64,000 nucleotides of DNA from Geosiphon pyriformis uo1 (taxonomy: Eukaryota; Fungi; Glomeromycota), in the NCBI GenBank assembly GCA_016748015.1, contig JAAOMT010000446.1, positions 1,752-65,751 of the forward strand. The letters run 5' to 3'. Below the pieces are notes generated by a model. It made no database searches and had not been told where the DNA came from. It saw only the letters and a program-made list of their open reading frames with translations. The number at the start of each line of letters is the position of its first letter. The stretch's first letter is position 1. A program made the translations under genes and the position numbers. Below, piece after piece: positions 47,301-61,690 of this stretch.

Positions 47301-50300
47301 CTTTAAGGACATCAAATATGTTGCAAGTCAAAGATATACAGTCAGACAAAATTTTTGACAAAATTTTATGAGTAGTTTCTATTAAAGCAATTGGCTGCAT
47401 ATTAGTGAGACATTCTTCCCATTCATATGGTTTAGGAATTATAGAAATCCAGGTGCATTTCCACAAAGCTAGAACATTTCCATACATGAGACAAGAATTC
47501 AGCAAGTTCAGAAGACAACCCAACACCAAATTACCACTATGTTTCCAAAGTTCATTTGAAACACCTAAGAGACCAGCAGCTTTGCCATCTGGCAAATTTT
47601 TTACAACTGCACATAAATCACCCAATCTGATTTTATTCATTACATCAAAAAAAGTATTGTCAACTACATAGGCCAAAGGGGCATATTAATGGGACCACAG
47701 GTCAGGCACTAATTCAGATACTTTGCATTTCCTAGTCCAATCAACCATAATATTATCAACTTTGGCCTTTACTTTAGCCAGTTCTAGAATTAAGTCTCCA
47801 TCCAATACCAAGTGATTAAGAACAACCTTGCAAAAGGGGTGCTCTAGAATACTACTAATCATATTACCCTTTCCTGAAACAAAGTTATCCATGTGTTTAC
47901 TAATTGTTCTGTTGATAGAAACACTCTTAGCCAGCTTAGATTCAATATACTTAGTCTTATGGTAATGTTTTTTAGCAACTGACAATTGTTTGAAAACCTT
48001 TACAGAATTGCTACATATATTAAGCAAACCAGAAATTTTGGAGGATTCCACATCATTCAGAACTGACCAAATTTTAGCAAGATGGACAAATCTCAGAGAA
48101 TCACCCATACTCAGAGCCTTAACTATCTTGGCAATTAACAATTTAAGTCTGTAAAACCTAGATGAATATTTGTTCTTGAAACAGTCAAAAGTACTGTACC
48201 AATATTTAGAAAAAATGGAGTCTGCTGACTTTGTTAACATCTTTTCCAAAAGTTTCCACATAGTATTCAAGTCACTAAGATCCTTAGCAGCAGTAAAGTC
48301 ATCTCTTAAAAGCAACATATTAGTAGTAGCACAATCATTAAAACATTTTCATTTAGCAACATCTGAGTCCTTAAAATTAAACTTCCAACAGTCTGTGTTT
48401 GCAAACTTACACAATGTATTTAACCACTTGTCTAAAAGGCCACCCAGCCCCACTGAGATCAACACAGCCAAGTGATTAGTATTAAAATGGTCAGAAACTC
48501 CACCAACACATCCACCAAACACAGCTGATAAGAGATGATTGCTCACAAAAATAAAATCAATAGTCTTCTTTACTCCTCTGGAATTGTATTATGTAGAAAA
48601 CTTGGATATGGGACCCGCTGAGAGTACATTGTGTAAACCCAAATCTGAGTATTTTTTGAAACTCGCACTATGTCCAGCCCCATTCTCATTAAAATTACCA
48701 CCAAGAAGAACATAAGAGCTAGAGCTAATTGCCAACACAATAAGAGCATTGACAACAGAAGCCTGTTTGAATCTTACACCAGCTAAAGTACCAGCATACA
48801 GACCCAAAATTATAACAAAAGCCTTGTTGGCAAAAAAAAAACAAACAGAAATAAGGCATCCAGGGACTTCTGAGATTTTACACACATAACAAGCAAGATC
48901 ATTATTTAAAACAATTGCAACCCCTGATCCACAATGTCTAGAATCTATTCCAGAGCTAAAAACTTTTAAACCAGAAAACCTATTTTTAATCCATGACCCA
49001 GCATGACCTTTGAGCTTAGTCTCAATAAAAACAGAAACCAAATTGCAAGAATCTTTATGCCATCTAATAACAGCTTCTTATTTAGCTAAATTGTTTAAAT
49101 CCCTAACATTACACGTGGCAAATTTCCAGACCAAATCACTCATTGAGAGATAATAAGAGCTGGTGAACCCAAACCAGAATACAATTGATCCAACTTCTCC
49201 AATACTGACTCAACTGACACTTCCAAAGCTACCAACTTAGATTCTAATCTACTCACCTTGGTGGTTAAAACCTTAGAACTACTTGAGCTAAGATCAGCAA
49301 TTATGTCTGCAACAACTAAAGGAGGAAGGACAAAAGATGCCAATGTATCATCTATAGCCATATCTGAATCTACAACAGAGTCCAAAGGCACTGGAATAAC
49401 CAAAGGTGAGACAGATGACTTGGATGCCAGAGGCACCAATTCTACAAAACTCAGCTTCTTCATAATGTCAAACATCTGATCTGCCAAAAGCTCCAGAGAT
49501 CTTTCCAAAACTGCTAAACAATTACTTAAGCCAGAAGAAACTGTAGATGCAGAAGAAGGGATACCACTAAGACCTGAGAGTCCATGAGAAAAAAAACTAA
49601 GACCAGATCCAAAGTGAGCACTACCAGAAGACTTAGAGAGTGAGACTACTTGGGCCCAAGATTTGCCACCAAAAACAGTAGAACGAGATATTGGAACACA
49701 TTTTTTTTCATACAATTTAGTAAGCTGAAAACAAAGTTCCTCTGAAGCACCCTTTTTGTATAATTCCTTAGATGACAGCAAAATGATTACATCTGGTGTA
49801 TTATATTCAAGAGCCGAATGTCTAAAACATCTACACTTCTTACAATGAACCAAATTCATTCTAGCCCAAAAGAGTTTTATCCCATTGAAGATAGGCTCCA
49901 TATGAAAGGCAGATTCCAGATCATTATCAGAGACAAAACTGACTACTACACAGCAAATTCTATTACCAGTTTCCATAGATCTGTTTATAATACATGTTTT
50001 CCTACCAGCTCTTTCCAAAAGATTGCCCAGATCATAAGCAGTTATTCCTACAGGTAGAATAAACAGAAGTGCTCTGAACTAATCCTTAGATGCTCAAGTT
50101 TCACAATCCTCTACTGCTTTGGCTACATGCACAGTATCTTTACCAATTAGGAATGACCACTTTGAGGCCAATGAATTAGCTTGATTTAATTCAGCAAACT
50201 CTACCACAGCCTTTTGTCACATTCCAATTAATTGGATTTTGATCGACTTAATTTCCCCAAATTCAGATACTGTGACAACAATTATATCTTTAGATGTATT

Positions 50301-51140
50301 CATTAGAATTTCCTTAATTATCACAGTCTGATCTGACCTCATTCTTTGTCTCTTAAGATCACTGTTTACATTGATCCCTTTTTCTCTGGCCAATGATGTG
50401 GCCATATTCATGCTTTTTTCGGAAGTAAAAATAGATCAGATGATTCCTTCAAATTTTGAGGGGGTAGTGGCTCCCCCCAAAACTATTGACTAATGAAAAA
50501 AATTTTCTAATTAACTGGGTTTTTGCTGTTGCTAATTTCCCTTTCATAGCACTAAGATTGATATCAAGAGCAAAAGATTTTTTGGCAGACATCTTAACTT
50601 GAGTCTTAATAATTTTTGGGTCAATCCATTTTTTTTCCAGAGAAATTGAAAAGTGAGAAAAAAGAGAGACATCTTTATTATCATTCATGACAAAATTAGG
50701 AGCTCCAAGAGGTGAACCAAAAATAGCACCAGTATTGATATGCTTGGTTTTAAAAGTATTGGCAGCTGAATTCAGAAAAGACCCAATATTAATGCCAGTT
50801 ATGTTAGCACTTTTTTTATCACCAGACACACTATCTACATCAAAGAACATATTGTCACCAAGCTCAGACTTGTCTAGAGAGATATCTTTTTCATCACTTG
50901 AATGTTTAATATTCTCAAGCACAACTTTTTTTTTTCTGTGAGAAAGAGCCACTAGCAGAACCATGAAAAGCCTTTGGTGCCCTCTTTTTAAACATATTGC
51001 TACTAGAAACAGCCTCCAGGTCCACGAAAAATGGGTTATTAGAAAGAAAAATTGTGAAATACTAATAAGAAAAAATAAAAAAACTTCTTTTTCAGAAAAG
51101 CACTTTTTGAGGATTTGTGGATGTAAGAGAAAAAGAAGTT
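44325..51140 (-). mobile_element. Full-length degenerate LINE: 5'UTR, ORF1 (50995->49140), ORF2 APE-RT-RNase H-zinc finger (49143->~44459), 3'UTR
   Basis: APE: WKFATCNVR, ETKL, GGNFN, IDFIFV, TNHLAV. RT: QPIAL, LQDMWKAYDSV, LDQNEVFSPLLW, AFVDD, YLGI. RNase H: VFTDSS, ELKAI, SDSQ, KVKGHSD..N..AD. Zinc finger: CLFC..EHSFVC. Many stops and frameshifts. Confidence 0.93.
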
Positions 51141-53489
51141 TTTATAAAATTAATCAAATTTTATAATAAATTTAAATTATTAAAGCCAATTATTATATTA
51201 TTGCTCAGATTTAAAAAAATTAAAAAGTAGTATTCTATAATAAATTTAATTTTAATATTTTAATAACTTATAAGTTACTATAATTTTGGCTAAAAACTTT
51301 AAATTTATAAAACAAAAAGCAAATTATATTTAAATAATTAATTCTATTATAAATAAAACAATTAATTTAAATACCAAATTAGTTAATTAATTAAAAAACT
51401 TATTTAAATAATTAAAAATACTTTTTCAAAAATAAATATACTTATTAATTTTTATATTATTAAAAAAATAACAATTTTTAATTATAATATTAACCATATT
51501 AATAATAATACTCTTAATTATAACAATAATAATAAAAAACAAAAATTTGTAATTTCTATTACAAAATAAATTATATTTAATAAGATTATTATACTTAATT
51601 AACTTATTAAAATCAAAATTAACAAAATATGTTTTATTAGTTTTTTATATATTAATTTTTTTTATATAATATTAATAATATAACAAAATTTTTATTAATT
51701 ATTTTTAATTAATACTTAATTTTAGTTTTTTTAAAAAATATTTAATAAAAACTTCAAATTATAAATTATTAATTATACATAAAATTAGAAATTAACTATT
51801 AAAAACTAGTTAATAATTTTTAATATTATTAATTTATAAAATTTAAGTTGTTAAAATACTTAATTTTAAATTAAATATTATATTTTAGTCTTTAAAAAAC
51901 ACAGAATTTTTTTAATATTATATTTTTAAAAGAAAAAAATACAGTAGTTTTTTAATTTTTTCTTATTAATATAATTATTTTTAACATAATTTTTTAATGA
52001 AAATTACTAAAAATAAAACATTAAAAATTAGTTTTTTATTTTAATTTAACAATTTAAATATTGTTAAGTTATTTAATAAAACTACTTTTATTTAGATTAA
52101 AATAATTATAATAATATATATTAATTAAAATATTTATTAAAAACAAATATTATTTTTAATTAAAATATACAAAAACTTAGCTTATTTATAATAATTAATA
52201 TACTTAAATATTAATAATATTTAATTATTTTAAAATAATATTTTCTTTAAAACAATTTTATTGAATTTAAAAAAATAATTGTTTAATTAATTTTTAAACT
52301 ATATAATATTACATAAGCCAATAATTTTTAAAATAAATTATTATTATTATCTTTAACTTAAAAAAAATTAGTTGAAAAATATATTTTTTTTTATTGATAA
52401 AATCAACAATATTATTAATTTTATTTAATATATAAACAATATAATAAACAATTCTTATTTATAAAAGTTTGTTATATATTTAATAAAGAATAAAATTTAG
52501 TTGTTTATTTTTACTATAATATTTATTATAAAAAAATATTTAATTGTTTTAAATATTATAAAAAATAAAATAAAATACTTTGTTTTATATGTAAAAAAAT
52601 TTTATTAAATAAGTATAAATAAATTAATATTTTAGAAAAAGTTTATATATAATACAATATATTAATATATAATTTTATTTATATTAAGTACAAAAAAACA
52701 CTTTTTTAGTAATTGTTTATAATTAAACTTTATTTAAACTTAAATATTACTTTATAATAATAATATATTATAATAAATTGTTTTAATTAAATTAATAAAA
52801 CCATACTTATTAATATTTTGCAAATTAAGTAAAAATTTAAATATATTAATAAATAAATCCAAAATTATTATTAAGTATTAATCTTAATAAAATAAAAATA
52901 ATAACAATAATTAAAAAGTTTTAATATTAAGCTATATAACTATTGTTTTATTTTTTAATATTTTAAATACTATAATAATTGTAATTTTGTGTATTAATAT
53001 ATTATTATATGTTTTATATTTAATTTTTAAATAGAAAAATTGAAATTAAAAATAAAAACTTTTTTTAATAATTTAAATTCTCCTAAAAACAAAACTTAAT
53101 TACAAATTATTTTAAGATTAAATCTAACAAAAAAAATTAACATTAAAAAAAATAATTAATATTAAATATATTAGAAATATAATTATAATACTATAAAATA
53201 ATTTTAATAAAACATATATAATTAAACCAAAAAAATTGCTCAAGCTATTTTTTGTTTTTTATAAAAATTTATTAATTAATACTTAAAATAAATTAAAATT
53301 TATTACCAAAAAATTTTTTTTAACTTAATAAAAAAATTAACAATTAAGATAAAAAATATTTATATTAATTATATAATTTTATTTTATTACAATAATATTA
53401 TTTATAAAAAATTGAAAAATAAATTAAAATTTAAATCCAGTTATTTAAAATTAAATTAATTATATGTTAAATAATTATTTTAAAAAAAA

Positions 53490-56400
53490 AACTTATTTCT
53501 TTCTTACCTCCAAAATTCTTAAAGAGCACATTTTCTGAAAAAAAAGTTTTTTATTTTTTTTTTGCTAGTTTATATCAATATTTTTTTACCTAATAATAAC
53601 CTATTTTTTGTGAATTTGGAGGCTACTGTTAGTAGTATTATGTCTAAAAAAAAGGTGCTCAAAGGCACTTTTCATGGTCCTATTAATGGTTTTTTTTCTC
53701 AGAAAAAGAAAGTTGTCTTTGAAAATATTAAACACTTTGGTAAAAAAAAAGATATATCTTTGAGTAATTCTAAACCTAGTAATAATGTATATTCTAATGT
53801 GGATAGTCTGTTTGATAATAATAAAGATGTTAGCATATCTGACTTGAATAGTAGGTCTTTTTTGGACTTGGCTGCAACCACTCTCAAGACAAAACATGTC
53901 AACATTAGTGCTGTCTTTGGATCTCCACTCAGGTCTCCCAATTTTAATATAAATAATAATAAAGTTGTTATTTCTTTTTATTTGTCCATTTCTCTGGACA
54001 GAAAGTGGATTAACTTGAAGATTATTAAAACTTCAGTAGAAATATTAGTTAAGAAGTCATTTACTTTGGATATTAATCTTTTATTAATAGAGAGCAAATC
54101 TATTACAGCTAAAATTTAACTTATTAGAAAATTATTCTCATCAGTCAATGATTTTGGGGGGACTACTACCTCTTTAAAATTTGAAGAAATTATCTGATTT
54201 ACCTTTACTTTGGAAAAAAGCATGGAAAAGACTGCTTTATTGGCCAGAAAAAAAGAGATTAACATAAACAGCAATCTTAAAAGACGAGAAATAAAATCAA
54301 ATTAGGCTGTAGTAATCAAAGAGATTCCCATAAAAATGCTTAAAAATATGATCATTGTTACAGTATTCGAATTTGGGAAGATTAAATCAATCAAAATTCA
54401 ATTGGTTAGAATGTGACAGAAGGCTGTAATGAAGTTTGCTGAATCAAGTCATGTTAATATGTTGACTGCAAAATGGTCTTCTTAATTGAGAAAAACTTTG
54501 TGTGAGTGGCCAAAGCCATAAAAGATCATGATATTTGGGCATCAAGAGATTGGTTTAGAGCACTTTTGTTTACTCTGCCTGTGGGAACAATGGCTTATAA
54601 TTTGAGCACTTTGTTGGAAGAGAATGGTAGAAAAACTTACATCATCAATTGCTTACTTGAATCTGGTAATAGAGTCTACTATACTGTGATTGGCTTTAAA
54701 TTTGAGAAGGAACTTGACTCTGTTTTTTACATAGAACTGATCTTTGATGGAATTAAATTTTTTTGGGCTAGATTTGATTTGGTTTGTTGTAGGAAATGTG
54801 AGCACTTTGGTTATTTTGTCTTAAAGTGTGATACACTGGATGCATCAGTCATGTCTCTCACAAAACTTTATAAAAGATTTGTTTTGAAAGTGAACTGTTT
54901 CCAGCTTGTCAAGTTATATGCAAAAAAAAGTGTCTCAATCTCTTGTCCTGTTGTCTTTGGTGGCAAATTTTGAGTACAAGTAGTCTTAATTGCTTCTGTT
55001 TCTTCTGAAAGTTTTAAGTTCAATTCTGGTTTTGGTTTTGGTGCCTCTTCTTTTAGTGTTTCATATAATAGGATAAACAATCTGGTCTCTTAAAATAGGT
55101 CTCCAATTGATAATTATTTGGCTTTTTTAGAATGTTCTTTGGAGCTTTTGGCTAACCAAGTAGCAAATATTGTAAAAAAATTAAGCATGATTGACTTAGT
55201 ACTTCAAGCCTCTATTTCTCAACTTTCTTCTCCTGCTGCATTTGCACTTTTAAGTTTAGATTCAGATTCAAATATGGTTATAAATGTCTTATAAGCTTCC
55301 CTTGTAGCCCTCTCTTCAGTTCTAAATAAAACCACTTTAACATTGAATTTAAATAGTTTGAAAATTTTAACCTCCAAGGTAGACAGTCTGAAATCAAAGT
55401 TGTTAGCTTTTGAGACTTCTGTAAATTCAGTTTTAGTAAAATTAGATCTGTTATGTGTCAATTCAGTCTTATTAACATTAGCTTCCTCTTAATGAATAAC
55501 TTTATCTGGAAAATTGCTATGTGTAATATTCGAGAGATAAACAATTTAGCTAAACAGAAAGATATAATAAAATGGCATATTGAGTCTGACAATTGGATTT
55601 CTTTTCTTACTGAGACTAAACTAAAATGTTAGGCTTGATCTTGAATTAAGGATAGGTTTCAAGGTGTAAAAGTTTTTGTTTTTGGATTGAATGCTAAACA
55701 CATAGATGCTGAAGTGGCTATTGTGTTAAATAATTTTTTGGCTCAGCATATCTGTAAGATCTTTGAAATTCTGGGTTGTTTTGTTTTAGTTTATTTACTA
55801 TTTGATAATAAGATTTTGGTAATATTGATTGAGTTGTATGCTGATGTCTTGGCTAATGTGTGATTTGGTCAAGCCAACACAGTAAACTTTTTTGTTGTTC
55901 AAGCAATCAATTCAAGCTTTCATATTGTATTAAGTAATAATTTCAATAAAAATAGGATAAAACACAGTGCCAGTTTTAAGAAATGTTTTGATCTGGGTTT
56001 ATGTAATTCTCTTTCTAGTGGTGCTGTCTTTAAGCTATTAACATAGTCTAATTCCTAAGATGTAAAAAAAACCATCAACTATGTTTTTGTTAATAACCAC
56101 CTTGTCTTTTCTGTAATAACTTAAGATGTTGAAAGTGTGGCTGAATTCTTTAATACTGATTATAATACTGTTACAATTGATCTTAGTATTAATAGTTTAT
56201 TAAATGAATGTTTGTTTACAATTCATAAGCAAACTAACAAGAACTGCTAAAAATTTAGCATTAAAGATCTAAATAATGCCAATTAGTCTTGTTTTTAAAA
56301 TAGTGTCTTTACTGGTTTGCTTAAGATCTTAGACAGTTTTGATATTGCAAAAAGTTTAAAAGATTTAAACAATATGTGGGAGATTTTGAAGAGAGTAATA

Positions 56401-59400
56401 ATTATTTTGGCTAATAAGAATTTTTCTAAGCAATGGTTTAATGATTTTGAACACTCAAAAAATAAGAAATCTTCAAAGTTTTTTAACATGGTGTTACCAG
56501 AAGATTTTTACACTTTTCAATGCAAAAAATTACAACACATACAATAGAAATTAACATTAAAATCATGCAAAAAAGACCTATATCATTGCACTTAATCAAC
56601 AAAATCAGCCAGCAATCAATCCAATTACAACAATGAAATATGACACAATCCAACAGTTTAACTAAGTTGGATACAAAAAAATCTTGACAAACTAAGAAAC
56701 ACCAATGGAAATGAATGATTGTCACATGTAATCAGATAACAACAGGTTTTGTTATGCTCCAAAATTCTCATAGGTTCTTATTAGAACAATCTAACATTCT
56801 AGATCTGCGATCAATGGTTAAAAGTAGTTACCAAGAAATGTAATTAATTGATCTATTTTTGATTACATTGATCATAATCACAATTGATATCATTGATTGA
56901 CAATTAATGTTCTAGATTCAGCCATTTAAATCTGATCATCTAAAAATCACTAGCTCTGAGAAAATAACATGCTGAGTAAGCTTATTATAAATTGATTAAT
57001 TAAATGTATATAAATAATTGATGTATTTTAAATAGTTCTAATATAGTATGTAGATCTGATGTAATTTAGCTATATATACAGCCCCTCTGTCAGTTTAGGA
57101 AAATATCAGTTCAACACTGAGCCAACTCTTCACTATAGTTTTATAATAAGCAGTTAGTTCTTTTCTTTACTCTCCTTTTCCCTTTTCTATGCTCTAAATA
57201 TTTGTTATCACAATCTCAAGTATGTCTTTCCATATTTCTTATTACTATTTGGAATCATATTATTTATAAACTTCTTACATATTTGCTAAAACAAAATCAT
57301 CAAGCTTTCTATTACTTCTGATTTTTCAAATTATGTGTTATTACCATTTCACATTAAGTCTTGTTTCACCAAACAAGTTGTTAAATATAAAAATAAGTAA
57401 TAAAGTATCATGTTGTTAGAGAGTAATCTCAACAATAAAAAGTTAAATCTATTTCAGTTATGTTTTACTTTTACAATCTTTTTATAATTCCTATAACTTC
57501 ATTTTTAAAGCAGGCATTTGAACACCACACCCTTTTGATGACTAATTGAAAGAATTTTGGTTACAATTTTCTTAAATAGTTTTGGTTTCTCCTTGTTGCT
57601 GGTTGTGCTTCTAATACATATAAAAAGATGTGATTTCTCTTTTCTCTTTAAAATACCTAAGACTGGTTTTTGCCCAAAAACAAATAATAATGACAATACT
57701 TTCTTTCACTTTTAATAACCTTATCACGTACCTCTTTTGCTCTCCCACCTACTGAAATAGTCCATACACCCATGATATGCTATAGCCAGTAGCATAAACA
57801 TGGTAATGTGTGTGTTCTAAGTGAAAGTTATTGTCATTGCTAAAAAGTTACAAATCTATAGCTTTCACCTGGTAACAATGGAAATGCTAGTTTCTAAGAT
57901 AATGAAAAGTGTGGTAGTAAGCAATTTGTCAGTATTTGATTGTTTTATCAAGAAATAATTGAGTTTAGATAATGAAAAGACTTCAAAAATTGCAGATATG
58001 TTTTATAGTAGTATAAAAGTAGGTGAAATGTTAAGTCAGCTGTTTCTGGTTAAGAAAAGGTACAGAAAATCCAAATATTGTGAATTTAAAATGGCAGAAA
58101 ATGCTGCCATAAAGAAAACAATTGAAAAGTGCATGGAAAATTTTAGTTCAAACAAAGGCAACATGATAAAAAGTATTCTGAAATAATCTTTTCACAAAGT
58201 TGTTTTGGATCATTTGGTAATTGGAGATGAGTTGGTTCTAAAATCTAATGAGATAAAAAATAAGATAAATGAAATTATAGTGGATTAGATGAGGAAGCAT
58301 AAGGTACAACCAGTACTTTCTGCTGTGTAGTCTTGTCAATATGTGTTCTAGGATTATGTTAGTAAGAATGTTTTCTCTGGTGTAATGAATGCAATCAGTA
58401 TGAGTGAATTGATTCAAGTTGTTAGTGACTTGCCTGAGAGCAAAGCAGCTGGATTGTCTAGAATTTTTAATGAATTGTGAAAACATTGTAGTGATGTAAT
58501 ATTAGAATACTTGTTGTGTCTGCTAAATTCTTGTTTATCTTGTGAAAATGTTCTTGATTTCTGGAAAAAAGCATGGATCTCAATAATTTCCAAGCCATAT
58601 GAGTAGAAAGATGTCTTAACAAATACAAAACTTATAGCTCTGATTAAAACAGCTAAAAAAATTCTTTTAAAAATTTTATTAGATTGCATTTTTTTTTCTT
58701 GTTCTAAGTACAATGTCTTTTATGATAACAATTTTTCTATTTTAAAGAGTATTTCCATTTAGTCTTTTGTATTTGCTATTGGCTCAATAGTAAAAGATGC
58801 TTTAAAAAAGAGCCACAAGATCTGACTTGTCCTTTAAGATATGCAAAAAGCATATAATTTAGTAAAATGGCATTATCTGAAGGTTAGTTTGAAGTATGTT
58901 AAGATGTATAACAGATTTATAAAGTTTTTTGGATGCATACATAAGGGCAGAGTTAACAAAGTAATGACTAATTTTGGTCTCTCCAATGGTTACAGAGTGT
59001 CAGATGGGCTCAATTAGAGCAAGGTGTTTTTACTATTTCTTTAGAGGATCTTTTATGATTCTTTGTTGTGTAAAGTCAAAAGACAGAAGCATTTATATAG
59101 TTATAGAATCAATATAAACTTTGTGGCAAGAACAGGCAGATTGGAATTTAGTGGAAACAGGTTTTTTTTTTTTGCAGCAGGTGCTTTTATTGACAACACA
59201 ATTTGAGTAGAGAATAGTCAGACTTTGATGCAGCACATTTTGGACATTACTAATGAGTTTTTCAGAATAAATGACATTTCTATTAACATTGATAAAACAG
59301 TGGCTATTCTTATTAATCAGAAGATTGATTTTGCTTTCTTGTACATTTGTGAACAGCTTATCTCAATAGCCAAGCACAGTAAACATCATTGTTACTTGAG

Positions 59401-61690
59401 AATCTATTTTTTTGTAGAAGACATATTCAAATCTAGTTTTGCTAAAGTACAGTCTAATCTTAAATTTTTTTCAAATTTGGTTCTTAAGAAAGCTGTATCT
59501 GATAAACAATTTTTTTATTTGGTCTCAACTGTTTTGCAGCCCATTATTAGCTACCAAATACAATTTAGCTTTATTTCTAAGATAATGTATCAAAGATGAG
59601 ATGTTTTTATAAAAAAGAGACTAAGATCAAAAGCCTGTTTGTCCAAAAACTTTCTCAACAAGGTCCTGTATTATTCATTTTTTTACAGTTTAAAAATATT
59701 TACACAATTACAGACTAAGAGTAAGGTTGTTGTATTGATAGTATTTGTTAACTTATCTGGAATTCTTAAGCAATTGTTTAAGCATTGTTTTTTGGATTTG
59801 CAAATTTTGGGATGAACTTCTGTAAACTCTCTACAACATTCTGTTAGATTGATGGTTAATCTTACAAATAACTTTCTTACAGATATAATAAGAGTGCTTT
59901 TGGACAACAAAATCTTTTTGGTTAATAATCTTTCCAGTGCTTTTCATGGTTCTGGCCACTTTCTTATGTCTGAGATTTTGGGGAATTGTTTTTATTTCAG
60001 TGTGGTTTGCTCTTTGAAGCATTTTGGTATTGCTTTTGGAGACAGGTTATTGGATAAATATAAAGTATTAATGAAGTAAAAAACCTTTTGTTATTAAAAA
60101 AGACTGGATCCTAGGGGCCCAGCTCTTTTGTGGTTCAAGAGAACTTTGTTTTATATAGACAAACTTCTGGTTGTGTCAGTTTTTGATTTGGGTTATTTGG
60201 ATCTATTACATTCAGATATCTTTCTGAATATTTGTAATAGTTTATATGAACTGTGAGCAAGTGATTTCAGTGTGTATACAGATGGTTCAATAAAACACTT
60301 AAGTATATTGAAAGTTTCTAATGGAGTGGCAGTTTATTTGTTAGACATTGAGATAGACATAGGTGTTGAGGTGCATGAGCTGTTATTTTTTACATTAACT
60401 GAATCGCAGGCAGTAGTCTTAGTTTTGGAGTGTATTTCTTTTGATTGCTCTATAGTTATGTACTCAGACAGTCAAGCTATACTGAATGCATGTGTTTTAG
60501 AATTTATGTTGAATTGTCTGAACTTTTGTAATAAGTGCTAAATAGAAAGGCACCATATTGCTAATTTAATTAGAACTAAAAACATTTCTGTTAAGTAAAT
60601 AAAGATCAAGAAGCATTTAAGGGTTTTGGGCAATGATAAAGCTAATATTTTAGTGAGCAAAGTTGCACATTTTGGTTTGTTGCTTTCTGTGGATATTTAT
60701 AAAAGATTTATAATGGCTGATAGCCGAATTGTTTCTAGGAATGTTTGCCACTTTGTTTAGAATGTTTATTAGTCTGTATATTATGCTTAATAGGAAGCTA
60801 GTTCTGGTGTCAAAATAGTAGATAAATTTTTTATTGTAAATATTAACTGGATTGGTACTGCTGCAGTTTGGCATCCAGATTCACATATTCTAGCTGGATT
60901 CATGAGCAGAGCTTCTGCCACCCTTTGTACTTATATAATAAAGGCTGTTCACAAAAGACTGCCAACTGCAGTGAGAAAGAGACTTTACAACAGAGCATAT
61001 TCAAGCATATTGTGCCTGTTTTGTAATAATATTGAACTATCTGATCATGTTTTTACTGGTTCAAAGAACTCTAATACACAGACTAAAATTTTATTGGATT
61101 ATGTTAAACTCTGAAAATCTCTAAAAAATGGTAACTGTACATTGTCTTTTATGGTACTTTATTCACTTTTCTCTAAGATCTTAGATGTTGGTATCTACAT
61201 GGTTTTGTATAAGAATTTTATTTTTAGAAAATAGGTAAATGAGATGGTTAATATTTTCAATGATAAAAAAAAAGCACTGTTAATGATAGTTGATTTTGTT
61301 TAAGATTTGGCTAAAAGATATTGGAGTGAGTTTTAATTAATTAGAGCTAAGTTTAAGGCAGAGTTGGAGAAAACCAGTTTAACTGAAAATATTGGTTCAG
61401 TTAATGTGGCTTTAAATAAAAATCTGGGTCTTCTGTCTTTGAGAACTATTTGTCTGTTTGGTATTTACAAATCTTTTGCTATTAGTTTTGGTTTGCATAA
61501 GTTGTGCATTTTTTTTTGGGTATTAATAATTATGTGAAGATTTTTATAAGTGTATAGTATAGTTTGAGCTGGTTCAAATGACCAGTCACATGTAGCAAGC
61601 ATATGAATTATGTTTAATTATATTCTTTTATTATGTTTCTGTATATTAAATAGTGGTTAGATCATACTTGTTAATAAAATTAAAAAAAAT
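53490..61690 (+). mobile_element. Full-length degenerate LINE, same family (ORF1 from 53640, ORF2 55492-61557), interrupted by a 1.39 kb insert
   Basis: The 5'UTR matches the reverse complement of 50995-51140. IWKIAMCNIR, ETKL, AFIDN, YTDGS, SDSQ, KAVHKRLP..CLFC..DHVF; shared 3'UTR plus A-rich tail. Confidence 0.92.
56492..57877. mobile_element. Solo-LTR-like (or Ginger-like) insertion with TG...CA ends, 9-bp inverted termini and 4-bp TSD
   Basis: atgg|TGTTACCAG...CTGGTAACA|atgg. Removing it restores SSKFFNMEMLVSKIMK, matching SSRFYRLKLLIAKIVK in the other LINE. Confidence 0.85.

Noticed and set aside
56483-57696. Short ORFs inside the nested insertion as transposase or gag
   Set aside because: No DDE, CCHC or other motifs; composition is non-coding
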